Origin: a virus
Lineage: Duplodnaviria > Caudoviricetes
IMG/VR virus record: IMGVR_UViG_3300017722_005427
Span: 1 to 31,498 of that record
Length of the DNA: 31,498 nucleotides
Reading direction: 5' to 3' (one strand)
Both the position numbers and the translations under genes were made by a program. This document shows positions 17,756 through 25,581 of this stretch, piece after piece. Below the pieces are notes generated by a model. It was not told the DNA's origin, made no database searches, and saw only the letters and a program-made list of their open reading frames with translations. Positions within the stretch are counted from its first letter, which is position 1; each line of letters begins with the position of its first letter.

Positions 17756-18231
17756 GACTTCACCTTTGCGACTAGCTCTGACGATGACTGGATCTTTCCA
17801 CCACCGACTCCGAATATAACATAGCAGCCGATCTTTTCACACAGGTCAAACTCTGGAACATTGCCAGAAGAGTCCCTGTCGCCGCCCTTGGTGAAGTAGT
17901 TGGGGCGGAGCTTCTCAATGGCTCCGACAACTGTCTGAGAGCCGTCATCCCATGGAACTACATAGTCGACACCTTTCACGCCATTGATTATCTCCATGCG
18001 CTCTTCTAGAGGCATGAACGCATAGCCCTTCTTCCTGTGAAGAAAACCGTCGCTGTTCACAATTGCAACCGTGATTCCATCCTCAGGAGATGCAAGGCTT
18101 GCGGTCTCAAGAAGACACCGGAGGTGACCCACATGCATGGGATCAAACCCGCCGCTAGTAGCCCAAACTTTTTGATTTGGGTGGTATTCGTCCAATACGC
18201 TGCGTAGGTGCTCAACGCTCTTACAGATCAT
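17752..18231 (-). CDS. HIGH-family cytidylyl/adenylyltransferase (TagD/RfaE-II-like)
   Basis: SGGFDPMHVGH, VNSD, ERMEII, KGGDR, SSS. Confidence 0.9.
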   Translation of the reverse strand: MICKSVEHLRSVLDEYHPNQKVWATSGGFDPMHVGHLRCLLETASLASPEDGITVAIVNSDGFLHRKKGYAFMPLEERMEIINGVKGVDYVVPWDDGSQTVVGAIEKLRPNYFTKGGDRDSSGNVPEFDLCEKIGCYVIFGVGGGKIQSSSELVAKVKS

Positions 18232-19859
18232 TTTACGATGCTCTCCCGGAAGTCGACTGGAAAGTACTTCTCGTTCTTTGAGTAGAACCTATCCCAGTCT
18301 TCATCGAGAATATAGGTCACTGCGTGGTCAGTCTCACTTCTAACTGAGCGACCTACTGACTGGACGATCGTCTTTGCGGTCTGGAGCGGGTACCACCAGG
18401 GCCAGCGGTGCATGCGCTTCTTCACGATCTTGTCGCCGAGATAAGGGTACGGGACCTTGCATAGCACCTGGAACCGGCTCGAGTCGTCCTTGAGGTCAAC
18501 GCCCTCGGTCATCGACGGAGACAGGAGCACGGTTGGCTGTGCGCCGGCAATGTGCTTTGAGAGGGTCTCATCGCGGTCTGTGCTAGAGTGCGTCAGGAGC
18601 CTTGCTGACTTCACGTTCTTCATCAAGTAGTTCGCAATCTTGTACGAGTGGCAGTGGATGATGCCCTTCTCGTTCGGGTGGTTCCGCAAGATCTCAGTCA
18701 CTGCGTTTGCAAGCCGCGGAAGAGTCATGTCGATCTTTCCAGCCGACATGCTGCCGACTGGGCTCACCAGGATTGGCTTGTTCTCGACAGGAAACGGAGA
18801 TGGAATCGAGATGAAGGAGCAGTCTTCAGGCTTGATGCCGAGCAGGCCACAGAAGCCCTCCTTGTCAAGGATAGTTGCTGACATCAAGATGACCTTGTTA
18901 CCGTGCCGGAACAGGAACTCATCAGCGTAGTGTGAGACATCCACCGGCTTGAACTCAAGCTTGCGGCCAGCCTGGCCCTCTGCAGGGATGAGGTTGAAGA
19001 TCCAGTTCTCGTCGTCATAGATCTTCAGGAACCGGTGCACCTTGCAGATGTGTTTGTCGAGGAGCTCGAACCGCTTTGCGACGGTGGTGAACTCCTTGAG
19101 CTTGTCCTTGAGCCCTACGTACTTCTCGAGCATCTGCTCCATGTGTTTGACATGGGATGCGAGCTTTGGCTCGTACTGCTCACGGACCCAGGTGATCGCC
19201 TGGTGCTGCGTCTTGATCTCGGGCATCTCGATCTTTAGGGCAGTGGAAGCAAAACGCTCGCTGATGTCGATCTCGATGAACTTACTGAGCTCCATGTCGG
19301 CATTGTGCGCCTCATCGACAACCAACACCCGGCGGGGCTGGAGGCGACCAGCATATACCGTCTCAGCGAGGAAGTAACTGAAGTTTGTCACGCCCTCCTC
19401 GCCAGAGATGAATGCCTGCTTTGCCTGGCGGTAGACGCAGTGGTGGGCACAGTTCTTGAAGAACGCTGAGGACTTGTCGGCAACCTTGAGGGCCCGGAGC
19501 GAGTCAGCGCAGGTGTTGGCCTTGTGGTAGGTGCACTGGAAGTTTGCAGAAGACTTCAGGGATAGCATCGTCCCCTTGGGAGATCCAAAGTCGCGCAGGT
19601 ACTGGTCCTGCAGGATCTTCTGGGTCGTGATGAAGTAGCCACCGGGCTTGAACTCAGCAGGAGCACAGTGGGCAGACACCGTCCTCGAAAGTGCAAGTCC
19701 AATTGCCGACTTGCCGACGCCAGTCCCAGCCTCGATCACGACAAACTTCTTGTCCTCTTCAAAGAATGCCTTGAGCGCAAACTCGATCGCATCCTTCTGG
19801 GCATCACGGATTTGCGAGAACGGAAAATTGATCTCGTATTCAGGAATCACTTGTTGCAC
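18228..19859 (-). CDS. DinG/XPD-like SF2 helicase
   Basis: EAGTGVGKS, DEAH, MSAT, EGVD, KVPYP, QSVGRSVR, plus a Cys cluster after motif I (possible Fe-S). Confidence 0.9.
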   Translation of the reverse strand: MQQVIPEYEINFPFSQIRDAQKDAIEFALKAFFEEDKKFVVIEAGTGVGKSAIGLALSRTVSAHCAPAEFKPGGYFITTQKILQDQYLRDFGSPKGTMLSLKSSANFQCTYHKANTCADSLRALKVADKSSAFFKNCAHHCVYRQAKQAFISGEEGVTNFSYFLAETVYAGRLQPRRVLVVDEAHNADMELSKFIEIDISERFASTALKIEMPEIKTQHQAITWVREQYEPKLASHVKHMEQMLEKYVGLKDKLKEFTTVAKRFELLDKHICKVHRFLKIYDDENWIFNLIPAEGQAGRKLEFKPVDVSHYADEFLFRHGNKVILMSATILDKEGFCGLLGIKPEDCSFISIPSPFPVENKPILVSPVGSMSAGKIDMTLPRLANAVTEILRNHPNEKGIIHCHSYKIANYLMKNVKSARLLTHSSTDRDETLSKHIAGAQPTVLLSPSMTEGVDLKDDSSRFQVLCKVPYPYLGDKIVKKRMHRWPWWYPLQTAKTIVQSVGRSVRSETDHAVTYILDEDWDRFYSKNEKYFPVDFRESIVK

Positions 19860-19870
19860 TCCAATACCGG

Positions 19871-19898
19871 ATTATATCACGGGTAAAGTGCTTTTCAA
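19871..19898 (-). promoter_or_regulatory. Near-consensus sigma70 promoter with extended -10
   Basis: TTGAAA-N16-TATAAT with TGn before the -10, just upstream of the helicase start. Confidence 0.7.
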
Positions 19899-20206
19899 CG
19901 CTCTTTGGACATATTCCTGCGGTGCATCTTCTCAAACTCAGTGCGCACCCACATCTTCGCCTGATCTTCATCGTTGAAGACTCGAGAGAAGCTCTGCTTC
20001 TCACCGCTTGCGAGGTCCTTGATGCTGGCGTAGGTCTTGCCAGCCTCATCGGTGGAGATATCGTACTCCATGCCATCATAGTCTTCCCACGTGTATGGGT
20101 CCTTGTTCACGGAGTGCCTGTTTCTACCAAGACCCTGAGCGACCGTCGACATTGATGTGCCGAATCCGGTCTCAAACAACAGATCAACAAGCTTATATTT
20201 TGTCAT
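19895..20206 (-). CDS. Hypothetical protein, possible head-associated protein
   Basis: N-terminus KLVDLLFE, preceded by ATAGTTA (20211..20217). Confidence 0.7.
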   Translation of the reverse strand: MTKYKLVDLLFETGFGTSMSTVAQGLGRNRHSVNKDPYTWEDYDGMEYDISTDEAGKTYASIKDLASGEKQSFSRVFNDEDQAKMWVRTEFEKMHRRNMSKER

Positions 20207-20231
20207 ACTCTAACTATGTGGCAAAAACACG

Positions 20232-20266
20232 GTGGCCCACTGGAACTTACTGAACCAGCGGGCCAC
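20232..20266 (-). terminator. Intrinsic terminator after hsp20
   Basis: Minus-strand stem GTGGCCCGCTGG/CCAGTGGGCCAC followed by GTGTTTTT. Confidence 0.7.
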
Positions 20267-20283
20267 GCATTTAGTCAGATCGA

Positions 20284-20655
20284 CTACTCTACGGAGATGA
20301 TCCGCTTCTTTGACTTCGTCATGGGAACCTCAATATAGAGGAGACCGGCGTCATAGCGGGCCGAGATTCCCTCCTGAGTGACATTGTCACCGAGAGTCCA
20401 GGAACGGGTGTAGATGGTCTTGGTCTTGCCGTTCTCACGGGTGCCGGAGACGGTGAGGTAGTCGTTCTCGAGGCTCACCTCGATGTCGTTTCGACTGAGG
20501 CCCGGCATCTCCACAGTGATGGAATAGCCCTTGTCGGTCTCGTCAATGTTGGCACGCGGCTGGGTGGAACCGTAATTGCGCTCGCCGCGACCGACAAAGT
20601 CCTCGAGGAAGACGTCGAAGGTGGTGCTGTGATTGCGATTCATGAGATTGAACAT
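20284..20655 (-). CDS. Hsp20/alpha-crystallin small heat-shock protein (start revised)
   Basis: PRANIDET, EMPGLSRNDIEVSLENDYLTVSG, ISARYDAGLLYIEVP. AAGGAG RBS before ATG at 20655. Confidence 0.92.
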   Translation of the reverse strand: MFNLMNRNHSTTFDVFLEDFVGRGERNYGSTQPRANIDETDKGYSITVEMPGLSRNDIEVSLENDYLTVSGTRENGKTKTIYTRSWTLGDNVTQEGISARYDAGLLYIEVPMTKSKKRIISVE

Positions 20656-20739
20656 GCTGCTTTCTCCTTTGGAATGCGGCCAGATTGGCCGTGAGCAGAA
20701 TGTAAGCACAGAAACCAAATTGAACACTTCTCTGCAAAA

Positions 20740-20886
20740 TTATTTTTGCGCTTCGATGACCAAGTGCTGTAGCAGTTTCTCTATCTGCGAGATGGCATGC
20801 TGAGACTGCGGCTCAGTATACAGGTACTTGGCCTGCGTCAGAAATAGCATAAGTTTCCGAACAACATAAGCCTTCTGCTGGTTCAT
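20740..20886 (-). CDS. 48-aa hypothetical protein (below the ORF-track cutoff)
   Basis: GGAGGT RBS, then MNQQKAYVVRKLMLFLTQAKYLYTEPQSQHAISQIEKLLQHLVIEAQK. Fills the gap between SET and hsp20. Confidence 0.65.
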   Translation of the reverse strand: MNQQKAYVVRKLMLFLTQAKYLYTEPQSQHAISQIEKLLQHLVIEAQK

Positions 20887-20904
20887 CATCACCTCCGGAT
20901 ATAA

Positions 20905-21354
20905 CTAGCCCTCGCTGAGTTTCCTGTTCACATATCCGTCATCGAACCATAGAATTCCAGAGTCCGGAGAGTAACGGATCAAAATTTCTTCTCCGCAGCT
21001 GATCGCCCTCTTGGTGTAGACCTGGATCGAGTATGTGTCTTTTCCAGTGCTCTCATACTTCCAGAACGCATTTGGCTCGTGGTTGTGGTTGTAAATGCTT
21101 GACCATCCGAGGCCGACAAGAACAACGCCGTCTCTATGTGTGAAGACGTAGTCGTGCAGGATGTGCCTGGACTCATTCTGGTACAAGTAGTCTCGGAGTA
21201 TTCCCCTTCCGAATGCGATTGTTGGAGATACTTCTACACAGTGGTGCTCTGGCAGATCTTTTGTTGCAAAAACACCAAGGCCGTGGATTGGCGACTGCCT
21301 AATCTCCACGTCCCTGATGAAGTATGATCCAGACTTCTGCTTTTCCTTGAACAC
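20905..21354 (-). CDS. SET-domain protein-lysine methyltransferase
   Basis: SPIHGLGVFATKDL, YNHNHEPNA, AISCGEEILIRY. Confidence 0.9.
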   Translation of the reverse strand: MFKEKQKSGSYFIRDVEIRQSPIHGLGVFATKDLPEHHCVEVSPTIAFGRGILRDYLYQNESRHILHDYVFTHRDGVVLVGLGWSSIYNHNHEPNAFWKYESTGKDTYSIQVYTKRAISCGEEILIRYSPDSGILWFDDGYVNRKLSEG

Positions 21355-21372
21355 ATATCAAGGGTAAAAGAT

Positions 21373-21570
21373 TCAGCGGCGGCGTAAACGCCGTGACTCT
21401 GTCTTTATTCTCTCAACTGGCATTACGAGATTCTCGCCGCCTGACCAAGAGTCTTCTTCGGCCTCGACCTCGCTTGGGTGGTCTACCTCTATCGGCGTGG
21501 CATCTTTGGCATGTGTTTGATCTAGCGCCTCACGTATGATTCTTCTGAGCTGGCGAATTGTGATTCTCAT
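21373..21570 (-). CDS. Small hypothetical protein with MRITIRQLRRIIRE leader
   Basis: RBS lies within the upstream gene end. The leader is shared with the neighbouring gene. Confidence 0.75.
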   Translation of the reverse strand: MRITIRQLRRIIREALDQTHAKDATPIEVDHPSEVEAEEDSWSGGENLVMPVERIKTESRRLRRR

Positions 21571-21572
21571 GG

Positions 21573-22169
21573 CTAGTCATCGTCCTCTTCTGGCATCTCA
21601 GGGTCTCCGTATCCCTCGGTGTCTCCGTCATCGTCATCGTCATCATCTTCCTCGGGCATTTCGGGATCACCGTATCCATCGGTATCTTCCTCTTCCTCTT
21701 CCTCGTACTCTTCGCCGTAGCCAGAGTCTTCGTCATCATAGTCCATGGACTCTCCAGAGTCTTCCATGTCCATGCCCATACCACCGAGCATTGATGATAG
21801 GGCGCCCTCTATGTCTTCTGAGTCCATGCCTTCCATGGAGTCTTCATCTCCATAGTCGTACTCAGAGGAGTATTCAGGATCTTCCTGCACGCGATCGATC
21901 TCACCGTGCAAGTAGTCTGACAGGCTTGTCATGTACGAGTCTGCGACCGCCATCTTACTGAGAACCCAAGCGGGAAGATCATCGTCATCCCTCAGTGAGG
22001 AGTGGAGCTTAGATGCCCGGGCGGCAATGTTCTTTAGCTGAGTGCGGGCCATATCGGCGTCACTGGAATATCCAGGAGCGTGGTCGAAATCCCTGCCCTG
22101 GTGACCCTCAGCTTGTTCTCTGAGTGCCTTTCTGACAAATCTGCGGAGCGTGCTTACTCTTACTCTCAT
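21573..22169 (-). CDS. Acidic phage protein (start revised)
   Basis: GAGG RBS and ATACTTA before ATG at 22169. Leader MRVRVSTLRRFVRKALRE, helical LPAWVLSKMAVADSYM domain, D/E-rich tail. Confidence 0.78.
   Translation of the reverse strand: MRVRVSTLRRFVRKALREQAEGHQGRDFDHAPGYSSDADMARTQLKNIAARASKLHSSLRDDDDLPAWVLSKMAVADSYMTSLSDYLHGEIDRVQEDPEYSSEYDYGDEDSMEGMDSEDIEGALSSMLGGMGMDMEDSGESMDYDDEDSGYGEEYEEEEEEDTDGYGDPEMPEEDDDDDDDGDTEGYGDPEMPEEDDD
21576..21686 (-). repeat. Duplicated acidic peptide
   Basis: DTDGYGDPEMPEEDDD and DTEGYGDPEMPEEDDD. Confidence 0.85.
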
Positions 22170-22207
22170 GCTAGCCTCTGTCTTAAGTATTACGCCAGCG
22201 TGAGAAG

Positions 22208-22480
22208 TTACGGCTTGGGCACGCGTCGAAGCTTGCCCTCGTCCCACCAGGAGCACAGGTCGATATCAGTGCAGACCACAAGGGCAATTCCTCGCCGTGG
22301 TTGCTTGACGACCTCAGCGTGCTGCCTTCCCGAGCTGTCGCGCCAAGACTGCATATGGGAGCCTCCGAGCTGGTCTGGCTTATAGTCAAGCACGGTGGCA
22401 AAGATCCACTGCGTGGGCTTGTTCCAGCCATCGGGATTGTACTCGATCTGTACTAGGTCGCCCTTCTCTAACATTCTCAC
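22208..22480 (-). CDS. Small hypothetical protein (GDLV N-terminal motif)
   Basis: LEKGDLVQI. Fills the gap between neighbours. Confidence 0.6.
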   Translation of the reverse strand: MRMLEKGDLVQIEYNPDGWNKPTQWIFATVLDYKPDQLGGSHMQSWRDSSGRQHAEVVKQPRRGIALVVCTDIDLCSWWDEGKLRRVPKP

Positions 22481-22490
22481 CCTGCCTTAT

Positions 22491-22931
22491 CTAATTCTTC
22501 CAGCAGACTTCAGCGCAGTAGAGCTTGTTATTCTTGGAGAGGAGCATCGGTGCACCGCAGCGACCACATGCCTGACCCTGGCGGCACCGGCTCCATGTCT
22601 CCCTAGCTCGCTGGATCATTCGGTCCTTGATTGCCTCGATCTCGCCAGTGCGGTTCACTCGAGTGTTGGAGATGAGACCGTGCTTGCCCTTGGAGTTCTC
22701 ATACAGCCCGATGACGCGGATTGCGTCTGCACCGGACTCGCGGACCTCTGCACCCTGGATCGAGGTGTAGACCTGAATGAAGAAGGGCGTGCTCTCCACA
22801 CCGCGGGACCAGACTTCCTCCTCACCCGAGTGGCGAGGCGGGAGCTTCGTGAAGCCTGCGTCGTGGAGTGCGACCTGGAGGGTCGTTGCGAGGAACTTAC
22901 GCTGCCAGTCGTGGTGGGGATCGTAGCTCAT
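22491..22931 (-). CDS. Hypothetical protein with C-terminal Zn ribbon (start revised)
   Basis: GGAGAGG RBS before ATG at 22931. C-terminus CGRCGAPM...YCAEVC. Confidence 0.78.
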   Translation of the reverse strand: MSYDPHHDWQRKFLATTLQVALHDAGFTKLPPRHSGEEEVWSRGVESTPFFIQVYTSIQGAEVRESGADAIRVIGLYENSKGKHGLISNTRVNRTGEIEAIKDRMIQRARETWSRCRQGQACGRCGAPMLLSKNNKLYCAEVCWKN

Positions 22932-22956
22932 CGTTTTTCCTCTCCGTAGATCGAAT

Positions 22957-22985
22957 ATAATACATTGCTCCTTCAGTGGGAACAA
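22957..22985 (-). promoter_or_regulatory. Sigma70-like promoter
   Basis: TTGTTC-N17-TATTAT upstream of the gene starting at 22931. Confidence 0.55.
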
Positions 22986-23022
22986 CTTTACCGCCCCCTG
23001 AAGCACTTTTATGTTTTGACTG

Positions 23023-23029
23023 ATACTTA
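23023..23029 (+). promoter_or_regulatory. ATACTTA, candidate late-promoter motif
   Basis: 24 nt upstream of the 841-aa plus-strand gene. Confidence 0.5.
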
Positions 23030-23053
23030 CAAAGGTCGCGGAGCACTTGGAAT

Positions 23054-25579
23054 ATGAGAATGTCACCGGCATTGAGAGAGCAGAGAGTTGACCAGCTGGC
23101 GCATCTTATCAGAGAGGGCGCAGATTACCGCTGGGAAAACGAGACTGAGCGCCATATCTGGACCCAGGTGGCCCAAGAGTTTCTCAACGAGCACCTCGAC
23201 GGCAGGAAGTCACTGGTCTCCGAAGCATGTTTCAGAGCGCATGTGAACAAGAATGACGTGCTCCTTGCTGAGTCTGCTGCCCGCCTAAACGAGGGTTTCT
23301 TCAGTGGCTTAAAGGACATGCTTGGCGGTGGGCTCGCAAAGACTTTCGGTAAAGCATTTGGTGGTGTGAAGTCGAGAAACTGGTGGATCTTCGGCGGTGG
23401 TGGAGACAAGGAGACTGCAAAGTATCGTCAGGCCTACGTAGATGCCACTGAAGAGAACCAGCAAGTATTTGCAAAGCTGGGCCAGACTACTCTGAAGACC
23501 ATGGTCGACCAGATCAAGGGCGTGATTGAAGACTGGCCCAACGGCGGCAGTGTCAAGGAATTCACAGATGCGATGGCCAAGTTCGACCAGTTCTACCAGT
23601 CAGTCAGGACTGCCGCCGGCGCAGACACAACTGATGGAACTCCACCACCGCAAGGCGTTGCACCAAAGCTCAGCGTCGAAGACGCTAATGCGATCATCAA
23701 GAAGCTCCGCCAGGCGATGCAGTTCTTCGACAGGGAACTCAAGGACAGGTACACTTACAATCTCGAGAGCCGCACCCGTAGGGTTCCAACGCTGGTTGAG
23801 GCCCTGCTTCTTGAAGCGGGCGAGGATGATGACATAGGCGCAGAGGGCAGAAAGACCTCAGGAATGAAGGGTCTTGAGAGCAACCTTGCGCCAGGGATAT
23901 TAGCCGCCCTTGGGCTTGGAGGAATTGCAGCTGGACTTCTTGCACAGTCTGACTGGTTCATCAAGCTCACCTCGGTAATGAAAGAATCGCCGCCAACGGA
24001 AATTGTCCAGAACACCACAAAGTTTGTGGAAGAAACTCTAGGAACAGTGAAAGACGGCCAGGGCTGGATGTGGAGCATGAACAATCTCACGCCCGGAGGA
24101 CCAAACATCACGGGCGCATCTCCGATGTCAGACGTCGTCAAGAAGATTGCCATGGCTGGCGGTGGAGATTTTTCCAAGGGCGTCCAGGCATACACCAGCG
24201 GTGATCCTCCGTTCCTGATGGGTGGGGAAAAGACCGCTGAGATGCTCATGAAGCTCAAGGACAATCCAAACGCTTATGGAAAAACGATGATGGACCTTCT
24301 TGGGCACACCGGAACAGGCACTGGCAAGAAGATCGGAGATCTTGTCTGGGTCAAGTCAGGCGCCCAACTAAAGGGACTGGTGATGAAGCCTGTTCAAGAG
24401 GTCATTAAGTCTGCGGGATCTAAGGTGCTGACTCAAACAGCGCTTGGTGCCAAGATCACGGCTCTCGGTCCGTGGGGAGTCGGCATTGGAGCTGGACTGA
24501 TTGCCGCCGCTGCTTCAATCAAGGCACTAAGAGACTACGGAGCAAAGAACAGCAGGACCACTTACTTCCAGGCGGCTGTCGATCTGTTCAAAGACATCAA
24601 GCCCGACGAGGTGAAGACTGAGACGGTGCCGGAACAGCCGCCATTTGTGCCAGAGCCCATACAGCCAGGAAAAGTTCTGGTCACGCTTGACAATAAGAGC
24701 ACAAAGGTCGTCGCGCCTGGCGATGTCGTCGCGTCAAAGGGGTTCGATATCCCCAAGGCTTACACCTTAGAAGAGATACCGCTCAACGATAAGGACAAGA
24801 CAAAGGAAGAGGTCATTGACTACCTTGAATCTCCACAGGGAAAGGGTTCAGTCCAGCTAGCCGATGGCAAGTCCGCTAAGGACTTGGAAGGTCTGGAGTT
24901 TGAGGTTACAGACAAGCGCAAGAAGTCTAGCGGAAGCTCGACAGACCCCGGCAAGGGGGCAGTATCAGTTGTTTCGATCAAGGACTGGAAGGTTCCAAGA
25001 CTAACAACTTACCTTTTTGAGTCCACCGATGAGTCTGCAGACGTAAGAGTCGCTGGCGCAGAAGCTAAGAAGAGTAAGACCTACAAGGAGCTCAAGAAGA
25101 AGTTCAAGAATGATCCGAAGAACTTGCCGCTCCCACTGGGCGTCTCCACGAGAGAAGATGACGTAATAAAAGACACCATGAAGCTCACTGACGACGACTT
25201 CGATCTCAGGGCTACGTCAAAGGACGGCGATGTCCAGCAGGGGCTCAATGCTCTTCGCAAGAAGGCAAAGAGTGGTAACGTCATCCTCACTTTCAGCAAC
25301 AAGGCGCACGAAAAGCTAGCAACACAGTTCCAGATGTCAGAAGATGACATAAAGAAGCTTTTGGCAATATACTCCAAGAAGCCCGAGTCTGCACCAAAAA
25401 TAGAAGCCTACAAGTCCATCTTGAGCAAGATTAAGGACGACGCGAAGAAGAAGGAGCTGAGGCAGTTCATAATCGACATGGGTATGGCGGTATCTAAGCC
25501 GAAAAAGAATGAAGCGCTCGATGCGGGCTCTGAGAGCCTCATCATCGAGCGCTGGTCGAAGCTGGCAGGACTGCTCTAG
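23054..25579 (+). CDS. Large hypothetical protein, probable internal virion protein with two Gly-rich hydrophobic segments
   Basis: 841-aa ORF with GILAALGLGGIAAGLLA and LGPWGVGIGAGLIAAAA, clusters of LxE, and C-terminus IIERWSKLAGLL. Confidence 0.85.
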   Translation: MRMSPALREQRVDQLAHLIREGADYRWENETERHIWTQVAQEFLNEHLDGRKSLVSEACFRAHVNKNDVLLAESAARLNEGFFSGLKDMLGGGLAKTFGKAFGGVKSRNWWIFGGGGDKETAKYRQAYVDATEENQQVFAKLGQTTLKTMVDQIKGVIEDWPNGGSVKEFTDAMAKFDQFYQSVRTAAGADTTDGTPPPQGVAPKLSVEDANAIIKKLRQAMQFFDRELKDRYTYNLESRTRRVPTLVEALLLEAGEDDDIGAEGRKTSGMKGLESNLAPGILAALGLGGIAAGLLAQSDWFIKLTSVMKESPPTEIVQNTTKFVEETLGTVKDGQGWMWSMNNLTPGGPNITGASPMSDVVKKIAMAGGGDFSKGVQAYTSGDPPFLMGGEKTAEMLMKLKDNPNAYGKTMMDLLGHTGTGTGKKIGDLVWVKSGAQLKGLVMKPVQEVIKSAGSKVLTQTALGAKITALGPWGVGIGAGLIAAAASIKALRDYGAKNSRTTYFQAAVDLFKDIKPDEVKTETVPEQPPFVPEPIQPGKVLVTLDNKSTKVVAPGDVVASKGFDIPKAYTLEEIPLNDKDKTKEEVIDYLESPQGKGSVQLADGKSAKDLEGLEFEVTDKRKKSSGSSTDPGKGAVSVVSIKDWKVPRLTTYLFESTDESADVRVAGAEAKKSKTYKELKKKFKNDPKNLPLPLGVSTREDDVIKDTMKLTDDDFDLRATSKDGDVQQGLNALRKKAKSGNVILTFSNKAHEKLATQFQMSEDDIKKLLAIYSKKPESAPKIEAYKSILSKIKDDAKKKELRQFIIDMGMAVSKPKKNEALDAGSESLIIERWSKLAGLL

Positions 25580-25581
25580 TC

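Noticed and set aside
12553-19377. Plus-strand and alternate-frame ORFs inside prkA, spoVR, yeaH and the helicase
   Set aside because: They are expected by-products of strong G/C third-position bias in well-supported genes.
22932-23072. N-terminal extension of ORF 22491..23072 (similarly 20656..20727, 22170..22256, 26740..26817)
   Set aside because: The extensions run through promoter-like intergenic DNA, and downstream starts have clear RBSs.
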